The position numbers and the translations under genes are program-made. The notes under the pieces were generated by a model. The model had not been told where the DNA came from. It did not search any database and was given only the letters and a program-made list of their open reading frames with translations. Below, piece after piece: positions 13,610 through 28,125 of a DNA stretch of 64,000 nucleotides. The stretch is taken from positions 22,072,001 through 22,136,000 of the forward strand of contig CM114271.1 in the NCBI GenBank assembly GCA_050084515.1, given 5' to 3'. The DNA comes from Blasia pusilla. Its lineage: Eukaryota. How positions within the stretch are numbered: the stretch's first letter is position 1; every line of letters begins with the position of its first letter.

Positions 13610-15128
13610 CAAGGTTGAATGTGGACAAAGTCCGTGTCCACGGACATGTTCATGTCCGTGGACTTATGTTCGTCTTGTGGAAGCATGGTTGCACAAAAAT
13701 GGACAAGTCTGTCCTAATGACAAACATGGACGGAAAAATTTAAACATGGATTGTAAAATGTAAGGCCCACACTTTATAGTTCATGGTGGAAGGCAAGACA
13801 AGGGTGGGTAGGGAAATAAGGGAGAAGAGACTAGAGGTAGGAGGAGAAAGAAATAAGGAAGTGTGGATCATGAAGGCAAGTAGGGGGATGAGAAAGAAGT
13901 GGGAGATGGGACCCATATGGATTAGTCCTTCTATAGGATGGACGTAAATCCACAAATATGGACATGGACTTTGTCCTTATGCAACCTTCTATGGAAGAAA
14001 TTGTCCATATGGGCCCCACCTTCCCCTTCTTTCTCATTCTTCCCACTTGCCTTAGTGTTTTGCACTTTCCCATTTCTATCTCCCCCCTGGATCCCCCGCT
14101 TTCACTCCCTCTCCTATTATTACACCACTTGTCCTTGCCTTGCCTTCCACCATGAGATATAAGTGTGGTCCCCATCTCTTTCAAGTCATGTTCGTGGACG
14201 TGTTCTGACTTGTCCGTTGATATCCGTTCGGATATCAATAAAGTCTGTATTTGTCCCTAGGACGTGGATGTCTGTACGACAAGGTTGCACAAAAACGGAC
14301 AAGTCTAAACATGTCCACACACGTGCTGCTCGGGTAGCTGTGGCGCGCATCTAAGCCCGCCCTTGGAGCTTGCCGAGCCCGTAGCTCGCACTTGGGCTGG
14401 CCGAGCCCGCACCGGTTTTTTGGCCCACAACCACGCCCGCGCGAACTCACACATGGTGGAGTGGGCACCCATTGGGCGGGCTCAGGGCCCACGTTTGGGC
14501 GCCATGTGCGGGTCCAACGTGGGCCTAGCTGCAGGCCATAAAATTGGTGCGGGCTTGGCCAACCTTTGGGCCCGCTATGGCCTAGCCAGGCTATGGGGGT
14601 GGGCCGCAGGTACCTGAGCCCGCATGGACATTTGCATGTCCGCGGACACGGACTTTGTCCATGTTCAACCTTGTCGTACGGACTCAAGTACCTGTGTTGC
14701 GCACCCAAGCCCATCGAGCCCGTAACGTAGACTTGGGCTCGTCCACTCTACATCCATTTTGTAGCCCGGCATGAAGCGGACACGAGGCCCACAAGGCTGG
14801 ATGGCCCCCCATTGGGTAGACTTAGGCTTGCGTCTCAAGCCACACAAGGCCCGGAAGGTTGGCCGAAGCCCGCACAGGCTTGCCCTGTGCGATTAGCCCG
14901 CCATACGAGCATAAGCCCGCCCAATGGAGGCCCAACCCACCTTGTGGGCTTGTTGTGGGCCGAGGGCAGGCTACAAAATTGGTGCGGGCTGGACGAGCCT
15001 GGATCTACGTTATGGGCTCGGCAGGCGGGTTTGGGTGGGAGTAGGCCCTTTAGGGGACCCGTTGGTCATGTCCGTTTCCATGCATCCTTGGTCCTAAGAA
15101 CAGACTTGTCCATTTGTTTGCAACGATG
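13610..15128. mobile_element. Nested cluster of hAT-type MITEs
   Basis: Outer ends CAAGGTTGAA (13610) and TGCAACGATG (15128). Inner copy 13684-13989 has TSD TGTGGAAG/TATGGAAG. Inner copy 14280-14673 (CAAGGTTGCAC...TTCAACCTTG) has decayed TSD CTGTACGA/TCGTACGG. Confidence 0.85.
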
Positions 15129-18100
15129 TTCAACCATAACGAGAAATAGAATGGTCATAAAATTATTCATAATTTTTTTTTTATGGCCATATATGCTTTT
15201 GAGAAAGTTTAATGATTTGAAGATAGGCAAAGGTCATGTGTGATCCAATCTTCAGATAAGCCCTCCCAATATTCTTATATGTATATACAGATATATGTAC
15301 TCTAAGAAGGGAGGAATTTTAAACCACTCACATCATCTTATTGAAATCTTGAAATTCAAATATAATTCAACTTTCAAAATTACATTTTCTAATTAGGAAC
15401 ATGTTCCAACTCTGAAATAAATCAATAAAAACCATAATCATCCCATGCCCATATATGCCCTAGTTAAAAGAATTGGATATGATCAAGGGTGAGCATACAA
15501 TTTCCTATCATGATGTGGTATTATTTATTGTATTTTGGCCATGCTTATAACTCAATCATGGAATCTTTGTCAAACGTTGTAGGAGTGAAAAGAAACTTAG
15601 TTACAAGGTCTTTCATGGTTTAGATTTTTTTGCAATAAGAAATTAAAATAAACTTAGAGTCAAAATTCCAAGTTTAATTTTTAATTTCAGGCAAATAAAT
15701 TGAAATGGAATAACACCAGAAATATCCGTGTTTCCTCTAACCAAAAGCAGACACACCATCACAAAATTTCAAGACTAGAAGATAGTTATGGTTTGTGCCA
15801 CAATAGATCACTTGATATGAACAATTTTATCATGTTATTTCAAAAAGTAGAAATTTTCACCATTGGATGGCCTTTTATTTTAAAAAAGATAACTAAGTAA
15901 ATATTTATATATTATAAATATTTGGATTATGATATTGGAATCGATTATAATTACTTTAACTTCAATAATCCTATTTTCTAATTATAACTCAACTTGCAAA
16001 CATGATCTAGATTAAAATATTAATATTCATCATAGGACCACACATTCTATGGAAAATTTTGATAATTTTAGAGGAATTTTAGTAATGTAAGATTTATAAG
16101 ATATTGAACTTCATATTGACAAACGGGTATGCGGCCTGGTTTTGAGTTTTACAACGTTTTGGTTTTGAGTTCCTAAATACGAATACAGTAAGAGATACAT
16201 GGCGCATCGTATGTTTGGAGATTAGTATCAAGAACTAATACAATCGGATCGGAATAACACGGCCAGAGGGAGTGAAACTAATAAGAGCAATCATCGACCA
16301 TTAAAATTCATATCGATGGTAAAAAACGTCTAGAGTATCTTGCATTTTGTAAGCTTTGCTGTCGGAGTCGCCTTATTGTTGGGGTCGTAAAGAATCAAGT
16401 CTTAATTCTAGATTATGGCGTTATCTTCTTATTTTATGATAAGAATTATATAGGATATGAAAGAAAATATTTTTTACTACCGCCTCATTAGTTAGTCTAA
16501 GTTAGTCAAGTATGACTAAGCCAACCAAGTAAGTCATCACTAATGACTACTATATGACTATATGACTACCATAAATATATAATTAAAATATGAGTTTTTC
16601 TGATCGTAAAAGAATGAATAGAAAAACAATCATAGTTTTAGTGAATTTTTTTGAGTCATTCGTTTCCTAATCATAATTTTTTCTAATGTTAATAGTAAGC
16701 TCAACCTAAAACATAGCAGATCATGGTGAAATGGTCTCAACCTTGATAATCAAAGCAACAAATTGCATCGACTATGTGTAGACTATTGCTAAGAATTTTG
16801 TATGTTGAATCTATATGAATTGTTGGTAAGGATTCTCTATCCTCAATCCCAAGTAGGCATGCGAGAGATACTCGTGTGAATTAAATTAGGTTTTGAGAAG
16901 TATATTTGTTTCCTGCCAGAAGTTTCTCTTGAGCCAAGTAGTGGGCAATTAAAAAATTACCTAGTAGACCCAACAAGTAGAATTTCACTCACTGATTCAG
17001 AAATTAGGACCATCATGTTGAGGGCTCTTGTTGCAATGCTTATACATGTGCAATAGTCGATAGATGCAACGCGTCAAGAAAATAAAACACACTCGATCAA
17101 GTAATCATCGCACTTTAAGTGCGCAAGTATATTCTAAACTTGAAAGGGCAATGAACATTCAAACCACAAGTAACTTAGTTTGATCATCTAAATTGAGACT
17201 TAGAGCCTCAGAAGTCTAAGCTAGAAGATCTAGTAAGGGAAGTCATAGTAAAACCCGACCGAAAGTTCATATAATACTACGAGGAAATTATGTGTTAGCC
17301 AAGAAGAAGTATGAAGGCTACATTTCTAGAAAGTAAAAAGAAGACTTCTGAAGTTAAGAAGGAAAGAAGATAGAAGATGGAAGTAAATCACGGGGAGGCG
17401 TCGTCCAGAAAGTACCGTTGCTGTTAGAATCTTTTCGACGCCCAAAGAATCTTGGTAAATACTTGGTCAAGAGAAAATATCAAGGAAAGAGGATATAACA
17501 TCTTGAGTTAAATTGACAAGGTAGTAAGTTGGACCAAGCATGAATGGAAAAGTCTCTACCATTTAAAGCCCCTTAGAAGTGATTTGGAAAGATAAGTTAA
17601 GGGAAAGTAAAACACGTTTTGGAGGAGCAAATTGGAATCATTCTGAGAGATCAAGGACACGTTGGAAAGCCAAGAAGGAGACTCTTTAAGGACGAAAGAT
17701 TTCAGAGCGCGATCAGAAATAGAAAGCACAAGAGAAACTATGAAGTAAAGAAGGGTGTAAGAATTCTACTGCAGAAAGTTGGAGATGATTTTTTAGAGTT
17801 TTTTGGGCGTTTTATTTATGAGCGCGAGGAGATTGAGGCAAAATTGGAAAGCTGGGAAGACGTGCGTTCTTTCAAAAGTTGAATCACATTAAGATCATTT
17901 CTAAACCTATGAGAAACTGAGGTTAAGTGCGCATGGGTGCTCTAGAGTGGTTGATTAAAGTTGTTTCCAATCATAAGTTTAAAGGAGAAATTACCCACAT
18001 TTGGGAGAATTTGAGAAAATAAGATCTCAATTTTTAAAATGATTAATGTTGAGAATTGGAAGAGGAGAGAGAGAAAGCAGTTTTTGAAGGGGTTTGATTA

Positions 18101-19438
18101 TTAAATTCGAAGTTTGGGACTTGAATTTTGATGATTTGACTGGAATGGTCTTATAATTAAGGAGAATTGAGCCCAGAGTTGAGCTGAAAGTGATCTGAAT
18201 GGTAAAAAGTTCAAAAGTTTCAATTTTGTCACCCGTGAGCATCTTGTTTTGGCGTTCAGAGTAGTATTTTTCCGCATCAACTATGCCCATGGAGAACCAA
18301 AAGCTACGCCCCAAGGGATCCCATCGACCAATCGCAATCATTAAACAAACAAACCATTAATAGATTCATGTCCATTTCTGAATATATAACGAAACTAGAT
18401 GAGAAATATATCCCATGATAGAATGGCAGGTGTCGAGTTTGCTTTCAGTTATGTCACACTTCACACACAGGATTTTGCTAAACAATTTTCAGACTTGGAC
18501 GCCATTCTCTTACTATTTTTAGGTTGGGAGCTTTGGCATCCGTGGACGACGGCGCCACCAAGGCTCTTGTCGGCGAACACCATCCACCAGGTCACTTTTG
18601 AAGTGTTTTCGAGAGACGATCATGACAGGTGTGTCTGCAAAGCACTGCGGGTGTTCATGCTGCTTCGCCGAGCTTTGACGGAGGGGTTTTGAAATCCTGT
18701 TGGCGTTGAGTCCAAACTTAGATGGACCACGTGTTACCGGGAAAAAGAAAGGCCTAATAATGCATGACTTCAGGAAGTGAGGTGGATTGTTTCTACATGG
18801 CGAGAAAGGCGGCGGCTAGCCCCACAATTGTTGGATTGAGGCCGAAGATTCGAATGGAAAAAGGTGCCTGTGACAAACGGTAAGAGCCACGACATGCAAC
18901 AGGAAACTCAAAGGAGATCTCGCACGCCCCCGGGCCATTTAACATCATCCCAGGATTTATGATCGAACAGAAGGAATGATAAATCTCCTTAAATTACATG
19001 GACTGTACAAAATTACATCCTTCTCCTCCAATCAGGCGGAGCGTTCTTCTCTGTTTTAGTTAAGTCGACCAATCCGTACTGAGAGCCGAAATACTCCTAA
19101 TAACTTTCGATTTCAGAACCTTAATTGGCCGAGTTGGCTATTGCAATCTGATCATCCTCAGGAGCCAGGCTGCATAAATCGAATCAATTTCCTCCAATAA
19201 CTGAAGTCCAGAATAAGCTATGCCTCACATTCTCCCATTTTATCCGTGCCGTCACGGACAAAGAGTGCTCTCTGCGCATGACGGTTTGGCTAAAGCTATG
19301 CGCCTGCGATCGATACATATATACAGTCTACTGTACATATTAGACAAAGGCTCGTCGCCTGTGGTAGTACGAAGCATTGGCATAACGACTCTGCTCGTTA
19401 GGCGCAAATGTCCACCCAGCCCGAGGATGATAGGCGGC

Positions 19439-22400
19439 CTACGCGCTGAAACCCTCGGTCAGGGGCTGCCAAGTGCCGTAAGAACTTGGGCGAGCGCAAG
19501 CTTCCGCCGCAGCTGCGGTCATCTGGGCGACGCTTACGCCGGCGTTGCAAATATTGGCAAACGCTCGATTGTGCTTCATGCCGTACTGAGTGAGGAATCC
19601 GCATTTGCTCTCAAATGCGCGCACCTGTTATCACACGGATGCACCAGATCACAGATTCAGTATCGAATCGCAGAGAGCTTCAACAACCCCAAGATCTCGT
19701 CGACAGCGAATCAATTCTAACTCTAACTTGCATGGTCGAGGAGCATAGGGTTCAGGGCAAATCCAGTTCAGAAATGAGGAGAGAAATTAAATTCTCACAA
19801 ACAACTTGGATAACGTGCTCTTCCCAAATGCTACTTCAACACGAATTCTATGGCAACGAAGGCGAGAGCGTGGTGTAGGACAACTACTGATAATCGACGG
19901 AGATGCGACTAGGCGTAAGAGAATAGAGGAAATTTTAAGATTGGTGGCAGAAGAAACGTATGGATGTCAGCGGCATGTTCTAATTCTAGAGATTCTAACA
20001 GCTTGTGAGGAGACCGTGGCCAGCAGGAAAGACAATCAATCGCCAGCCATGCATTTTCCTTCTGTTATCTGCTCTGAAACGAAAGAATCTGCAGGCGATC
20101 ACATCGGGAGTTCCAAAACTGGCGGGCGTTCCAAGCCAAGACCTAAGCTAAAAGATGGAAGATAAGTAAGTACCATGTCCTTGAGGCAGTCCCAATCGTT
20201 CACCAACGCCTGTCCAGGGGACACCACGTGCTCGAGAGTGGTAGACCCCGCATCCGCTCCAAAAAGAAGCTCCCCTATCATGCGAACACTAGTATCTATC
20301 TCCATGCGCCGGGATATGGTATCCAATAGCTCTTTTCCAGCGCTCGCCTTGCGGTTGGACCCCTCCGCCGCATTGCTAAACTGTCATTAGCAAGATAAGT
20401 TTGTAGTGAGGCCGTGCAAATTGAGGCTTGACATAACGAGAGAGTAGCCGTACATTCCCACGGGGCAGGAGCGCTTACAGGAGAGCCTCGGGTATGTAAC
20501 GACAAGGGAAGAGAAAAAGTAAAAAAGTAAATGCTGGAGTTTACTCAAAACTCGATCCCAAGTTGATTCCAAAAAACCGACTTGCTAGCAGCAGGGTGTA
20601 AGTCAAAAAGCGAGTCAACAGAGTCAACCCTAGTAGTACGACCTTCCCACTCAGGATAACCATGAATTCGGGAAAGTGAACTTGTATGAACGCACACGTT
20701 TGGCTGGCAATTGCTTACCTTGTGCCAGAGGTGAAGGACCTCTGCGTCTCGCTGGTTGACACCAACATTTCCGAGAATAGCGTTCTGAGTGTCGTCGGGT
20801 ATGGCGGGATAGCTCACGTTCTCGTTAGCTGGGTTGTATCCTAGGTACAGAGCAAGCTGATCAACGTGTACCTCCTGAACATCGCCGTATTCCATGACGT
20901 GGGATCCTGTACGATATGTGTTGTGGTTCGAAGTTCTCTTCTTCACCTGAGACACGAAACGTCAGGAACACTCTCAGTATCGGATCTCGGAAAAAGCCGC
21001 AAGTTTGGCTACAGCCATGTCGAATCATCTTAATCGCAGACCACGCACATCGTTATCAACATCCGAGGTACATCCAACGTCACAGGGTTGAAACTCACGA
21101 TTTCATACTGATCCTTCAAAGTTTCTTTCCTCAGGTTTTGTACTTCACTGCAGAGAACAAGAAGAAAAATCATGTGAGCGCGCGCATTCAAACCTTCTTT
21201 CTTGTTCGGCATAGACAGCACGAGAACTTCCAGTAAAATGACCTGTCTATGGATTCTAAAGACGGATTAAAAACAACAGATTGGGAAATCATTTATGAAG
21301 CCTCCTGCACACTGACCTGTCCTCCATCCAGGCCACGCTGTAGAGATCACCAAGACAGGTATCGAATCCTTCAGGAGGAGAAGGATCCATTCCTGGACAG
21401 TAACATCCCCAACTGCTTTCATCAGCGTTGGAAGCGGTTGTCACGTAGATGTTCAATCCTTCTGGCAATATCCCTTCAAAAATACTACCACTCTCACACG
21501 CTTCCAAGTAGATCACCTGCACAGTTCAACAGACCAGAGTCAATTGGGTGAACAGTGAAGAAACACGCCAAGAACGAACTTCTATCTTCTAGAAATTACT
21601 TCTAAATTACTCTTCATCGTCCTGAAAAGAGATGGAAACACTTGATTCCCACTCCGGATAGAACTCGACCAAGACTAGAGGCAAATAATTGGAACTCGTT
21701 ACTCACCAGCTTTCGGTAGGTGCCTGCCTCATACTTCTTCTTGAGTGTGGAGATCAAGTCAGGGGCGTACAAGTTGGGAGAGGTGGGCATACCTGCAAGG
21801 ACATTGACTTGTTAGGAATCCCCTTACTAATCCAGGCAGTTAAGTAAGTCCGCACGACAAGCCAAGATTGAAAGCGAGCCGTAGAGCTGCAGATGCGGAA
21901 GCGACAAAAAAGTGCGACGTATTCCACGAACAGGACATGGACAACATAGGAAAGGATGAATCATACTTTCAAAGATTCAGAATCACGCAAGTACGACCTC
22001 GAGAGGCCGGTTCATATGTTTGCGATGACGTGACTAAAGCTACTACAGGAGTTCTTATGTCGTGCATTCCAACCGTCCACAAGGTGGGCCCCAACTCCCC
22101 AGTTAGTACGAATTTGGTTGCCTGGAATTTACTACTGATAGACTGTTGATGAGCAAGAACTCTGGAGTCTGGCTCACAAACGAGACTGTACAGACATTCA
22201 TGGCTAGCGATGGTGGACCTACTGCAATGATGCAGACTGCTGACTGTCACGCCGTCCTGTTGTGAGGTATTCGATACATGGGAACAGAACAGCTACTGCA
22301 GGTGAAGTGAGCGCGCATCCTTGGACACGGAACTTGTGCGCAAAGACGATGCCTACCGACTCAAGTATAAGAATCAGGATTGTTTGCTTGGGCGGGGAGA

Positions 22401-23772
22401 AAGAAATTCACCGAGAACACCGGGACCTCCATGATCGGAGTAGTAGATGAAAATGTGATCCTCGGGCCCACTGTTTACCACTTTTCCACTGCCGCCTTTG
22501 ATGGCATCCTTGTCTCCGAGAATTGCAGCAAAGAAATTTTTCACGTTTACGTCTCTTCCCGTGTAATCCTGCGCGACACATACGTACAAGAAACAATCGA
22601 GTTAGCGACTGTTGCCCTCCATTGCACAAGTGGCCCAACTCCCTCATTTGTCACGTTAAGACACTACTTCTTGTCACGACGCGATTCAAGTTGGATCTGA
22701 AATCAATACTCAATTCCAGAGAATGCATCACCGCATAGGCATATTGTCCCAAAACAAGAAACGAGTTGATTCCTTGCATGAAACAAAAACGCTCAATTAC
22801 ATCCCTGTGCTGCTCACAAGAGCAGCGGATCAGACTGGGCTTGCTAACCTTGGGCACTCCATGATAAACGTCATTGCCAGTAGGCGAATTGATGATTTGA
22901 CCGGGACGAGGATTCTCTTCGTTGTCGGCGATATCATCGTACATGAACACCACAATGTTCTCCTCCGCGACGCCGTTCGTCCTCAGGATCTGGTAAGCGT
23001 GGCAAATGTCCGCCTGTACGGAGTAGAAGCATCAACCGAGTGTGAGGAAAGAGCTCAGCGACTGGGGAGTGTTCTATTGTGACTCAAGTAATTCTACGTG
23101 TCAATGTTCGGAACAGGAGGCGACACAGAAAGAAAGCCTCGACTTAAAGCAGCGTGTCGCACTTGGACGTGCGCACTACCTGAGCACGAGTACTACATAG
23201 AAGGTACGTGAAAGCATTTCGCTTGTAGGACTAAGGAAAAGAAACTTCTACAATTGTGAAAACCACGAGGTCCATTAGCATAATTTGCGAGGTCGGGGCT
23301 TCCAAGCGCAACTTGCGACACCTCGCGGCAGAAAAGACTGCAGATAGTCCTTGAAACTAGAGTTTTACAACGATTTCCCAAGTTCCCTCCGAGCGCCACG
23401 AGTGTTACTTGGTACACTGGAGACTTTAGTTTACAATAAACGACTGACAGCTATTAACAGTCCAGACCTACAGCAGTTCATGAGACTGAACGAATCAAGC
23501 AAACGAAGAAATTGAACCAAGGTCTTCGGTCACGGATGTGGGCGGGAAAGACCCACCTGGTGACGGTAATTTCCATATCCTCTCGAACCAGCGATGAGAA
23601 CCGCCCAGCGCGTTCCCCTTTCAGCCTCCTCCGTTCGCATCACCCCTTCGGTTGGCAGTTGAATTCTCGCCTCATCTTCCCAAACATTCTTTCCGAGTCG
23701 CGCACCTTCAACCACCGCACAGAATACCGCCAGTGTAACCACCAGCGAAACGGCCAATCCCCGCCCATCCAT
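19439..23772 (-). CDS. VPE: Vacuolar processing enzyme / legumain (asparaginyl endopeptidase, peptidase C13), 9 exons, 497 aa
   Basis: Exons (-): 23772-23557, 23013-22849, 22568-22412, 21792-21707, 21516-21317, 21147-21099, 20946-20719, 20380-20174, 19624-19439; all GT-AG and in frame. Signal peptide, [21 protein letters not shown], catalytic SDHGG and EACESGS, C-terminal DWDCLK...YGMKH...GFSA*. Confidence 0.98.
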
Positions 23773-24047
23773 GGTCGATCCCTTCCTCTTCTCTCCTAGA
23801 CTCCGAGCGGGATTTCCAGTCTTCTGAAAGTGTCGCACAACGGGACTCAATCTCCACCCCTCTCCGGAGAGCGAGAGACAGCTCTGCGGAGGTCTGCGCT
23901 GTGTGAACTTACAGAGAGAAGAGACCTGAAGAACTGAGATCGGCTTCGCAGGCGCTCCTTCTTGAAGTAAACATGTTCATTTCCCAGCTGCCCGAACTCA
24001 TCCCGAAAAGGCGGGCCCTTGTCCACGTTGGATGTCACTTTGATTTT

Positions 24048-24106
24048 ACGTGTCTCTCTCCCACGCTTTCCGATCGAGAAGGACCGCTCAGATGCTCCCA
24101 CGTGGC
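24048..24106. promoter_or_regulatory. Pair of ABRE/G-box motifs upstream of VPE
   Basis: ACGTGTC at 24048-24054 and CCACGTGGC at 24098-24106, about 280-330 bp 5' of the VPE ATG. Confidence 0.4.
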
Positions 24107-26246
24107 CCGGCATCGTTGGCCCGATTGGTGAGGGAACACGGACGGCGAGGGGGTCCTGTTACCGGCTGATTTCCCCTAAATTTGGGGCAGTATTTCAGAC
24201 GGGATCCAATCCCTGGAAACGTTCCCCGTTCGGGAAGTTATTCATCACTCTTGGTTCTGGAACAGGACAGCAGCCCCCCTCTAAGAGTCGGACGAATGTC
24301 GACTTCCTCAAACCTCTTTTCCGTTAGCTTTTGTCTCTTTGTCCCACCGTCTCGGCACAGCTATCCTGAGGCGGGACAATTGGTGTGCCCGCGCTGCCCA
24401 ATCCAAAGACGTAGTCATGCAGATTACCCCTCTTCTTCTTCCTCAACATCGGATAACTTTATTACCGAGAATCATCCATCCGCCACAATAGACAGACTTC
24501 TCTATTTTCTCTTCGTGTTACTCCTGCTCTTAAGTTCACTGTACCATGAGAGGGTTTCTCATGCCATAAGAGAAACATGAAATCAAAAGAAAAATTTAGT
24601 GTCCGGGTTTATGCACATGTGAAATTTTGAGGTCTACCAAAATAGAACTGCTAGAATTTGAGGAATGGAGGTTTTCTAAAGGGAAAAGACTACGGGACGG
24701 GGTTATTCGCAAATCCATCCCGGTACATGGCACAAGCGGGCAATGTAATACTAGTATCTCACATCTGTCCAAGAAAAATGAGATCACTTAAGGGATTCAC
24801 GAGCACTGGGAAAAGTACCTAAGACTCACGTGGAGTACGTAACTCCGTGCTTGACCTCCCCTACTAATGTCGATGTTTTAGTAGTTATTACTCCAACTAT
24901 GAGGGGTGCCACTGGATGGAGAGGATGATATTCTAATCTACAAATTAGGATGTTTACTTTATATGTTGATATTTCCCTTCATATGAATTATAACTTTCAG
25001 GAAGTAAATACCTCTCAATTGTAAAAAAAAGCTGAAAATTCTTGCAAAAAAATAGATATATTTATAATTATATGTAACTAATTTAGGGACTTGCAGAATA
25101 GGCTAATTTCTCTCCATATGTACCAATATAAAGAGCAAATAAGATTTCTTATGTGAGGAGAGTGTTTTCTAAATAAGATCAAACTTTAGAAGGGGAAAAT
25201 CATATTAAGGGTTTCCAAAAGAAAATAAAGTAAATCTGTAAATTCAAAGGGACTCTCTACAAAAGAAGCACTTCTAGTTTATAGATTATAATTGAAAAAA
25301 GGGGAAATCATATTGAATGAAAGAATATCATAAAATCAAGAAAAAATCATAATGAATCCATAAAGTGTATTTTACCCTTTCTAGAATTGGAATATTTAAA
25401 AATAAATTATGAATACTAAACTTACTTTTCTAAAAGTGTTTATCACTTTGAAATATCAACATGGGTTAACGGGAAGGATTGATGATGCATGTGCATAGCA
25501 ATCATTCTCAATTGTAAGGGTAAATACAATATCACTCTTTTCCTCTTATAAAACTAGCTTGACCTAAATTAGGATAGGACTTTCCTCATGGAGTGACCCC
25601 TTTTCTTGAAATAATACTTTAGTGCCAAAGATGAAATAAAACAAAAGAGAAGAAAAATTCAGGTAGCAACTCATGCAACTTTGAATTAAAATCTAAATTT
25701 TAACTATTTTCTCTGGAAATTTTAAAGGAAATAAAAGTTATAATTACTACTATGGATTATTACCCTAAATTTCTATAAATTGATTGTCTTTGAGGAAATC
25801 CATCCCAACTACTTCTTCAATTGTCTCGAAATTTTCCCCAAAAGATATATTTTTAAAAAGATGCGAATCCATGGCACTTTGAGGCTTCATGTTATCTTAG
25901 TTGGTAAGAGGTACTTTAGTAAGAACATCTCTTAGGAACATTAGGATTATGTAGAATCCAAGGAATCATAAAAATTCTTATCTCTTTGAATTTCTTCTAC
26001 AACATATAATATCCTTTTTCCTAGAGAATAAGGTGGCACACAAGGTTTATCACAATATTTCGGACTCAATATTTAATATGGATTTTCTTTAAATAAAAAT
26101 TATTCAGGTTTTTAATCTCATCATAGGAAAAAAAATTCATGTTGCGTCAATAATAAGATGTCCACGAATAATTCAAGGCAAAAATTGGGGAATTTTCCGA
26201 AAAAAATAAATGAATATTTAATTTATGCAAAAATCTTGATGACACA

Positions 26247-26541
26247 CATGGTTGCACAAAAACGGACATGGATGGAAAAATCTGGACATAGATTGCAAAA
26301 GATGGTGTCCACACTTGTAGTTCATGGTGGAAGGCAAGGCAAGGGAGGGCGGGGAAATAAGGGGGAAGGTAGTGAAGGTGGGATTGTGAGAGGAGGAAGA
26401 AACAAGAAAGTTCAGATCACAAAGGCAAGCATGGGGCGCGGGGGGATTAAGAAAGAAGGGGGAGATGGGGCCCATATGAATAAGTCCTTCTATAAGACAA
26501 CGTAAGTCCACGGACATGAATTTTGTCCATATGCGACCGTG
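26247..26541. mobile_element. hAT-type MITE, same subfamily as 13684-13989
   Basis: TIR CATGGTTGCA...TGCGACCGTG; 8-bp TSD ATGACACA/AGGACACA (7/8). Confidence 0.85.
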
Positions 26542-26569
26542 AGGACACATGGTTGAGTAAATCTATAAT

Positions 26570-27980
26570 ATTATTGAAATTGAGCTATAATCAAGTTTAT
26601 GGAACATCTGAATTGCTATATTTGGTATGCATATAAAATATATCGGCTTAATCAAAGTTCATCACTTAATCACTCTTACTTTAATTAGAGATTATATTTG
26701 GGCTTTCTTATTCATACTCTACATAATTGAGAAGGGGATCAAATTCGATCAATCATTATTCGTTCTCTCATTTCAAAATTTCGTTCTTTGTGGTGATGGT
26801 GGTGTGTGTAAAAATTACATTCCATTAATTATGCTTCTCTAGTAATTTATTTTGACGATATCAGAGCAATAGGAGATTTTTAGTTTAGGGAAAAATCATA
26901 TTTGACTTAAAGTTCAAATACTGGAAATTTTATGTTTTATTCATGAAAGTGAAGAAATTTTGAAGGCGATCTTGATGTTCATTTTAGCAATTTGAGTGAC
27001 TAAAGGTGAGAATGACATAGAAAGCGAGATTTTGATTTTCTATAGATCTTTTTTAGATCTTTCCATTGCATCTTGAATCACGTAATTTTAACACTAGGAT
27101 CTACCTAAATTGTAATTTTAATTTAGGACGGTACAATGAGTAAACAAAAGTTATACAATTTTCCAATTTTGACGAGTTTCTTCATACTTTTGGTGATTTT
27201 TTTGCCAAATACAGCTCAATTTATTTGCAAGAGTCATATATGCTTTAAAGGAATAGTATAGAGCCTAAAATTACAAATTTTGAGTAGAATCAATCCCTGA
27301 TGGACTATCCCTTAACAATAATTATATACGGGAAGTTGGATAATTAAAATAGTCAGTTTTAAAGTTCTAGATTATAAAATTTTGGATAGGGAAAGAACTG
27401 TGGGAGCTCATTACAAGTGATAAGGCAAAGGGGATAAGCCATACAACGGATTCATATATTTTTGTGTGAAAAAAAATGACAAAGAGACACTACATCTCAA
27501 TAATGACGATGAGTGATCACATTCAAGATATTGTTACTAAGTTACCTGGAAGGACAGTAAGGATTCATTGGACAAGCTATTCCTAATATCCAGAAAAGCG
27601 AAAAATCTTCAATTGAAATAATGATTACATGAAATGAGGAAAAGATCATTAAACATCAATGATTATATTTTAAATATAAGACATACTATTGATGAATTAA
27701 GCAACATTGAAGTGATTGTAGAAGATAATGATTTTATTTTATTTACTCTTCAAGATCTTCTAAAAGATTATAAATCTATTTAGATCTCTATCTCTAGGAG
27801 AAAATTATCTTGACTTTTTGACCAATAAAGATATGAGTTTAGTTGAGTGATAGCTCATCTAGTATGCAAGAGATTGATTGCTCGATTTGCAAGTGTTGGA
27901 TTAAGTCAATGTAGGGATCGTTGTAGAGGCTTCTATAGTCATGGTGCATACCAAGGATAAAGAATAAGAGACAATTAACC
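26570..27980 (+). mobile_element. Highly degenerate Copia remnant (LTR end, PBS relic, gag)
   Basis: TTTGACGATATCAGAGC at 26851-26867 resembles an LTR end plus tRNA-iMet PBS (TGGTATCAGAGC). About 27610-27800 translates with stops to QLK..LHEMRKRSLNINDYILNIRHTIDELSNIEVIVEDNDFILFTLQDL, typical of Copia gag. Confidence 0.6.
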
Positions 27981-28125
27981 TTATTTTATGTTTTCTATTA
28001 TGAATTAGTTGGAAACTTAATCCATCATAATTACAAGGTAATAACAGTGGAAATTGTTAGGATTGAGACCAATAGAATTATAATAAGGTCCTTGGATCTT
28101 CTTATTACCGGCAAATAAAGGATTA

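Noticed and set aside
16400-18350. Possible decayed LTR/TE sequence
   Set aside because: No termini, TSD or coding motif could be fixed by eye
21317-22568. VPE as a butelase-type peptide ligase
   Set aside because: Has protease-type determinants (SW-G gatekeeper, HGGP); only a minor T-to-C change in WGCYCP
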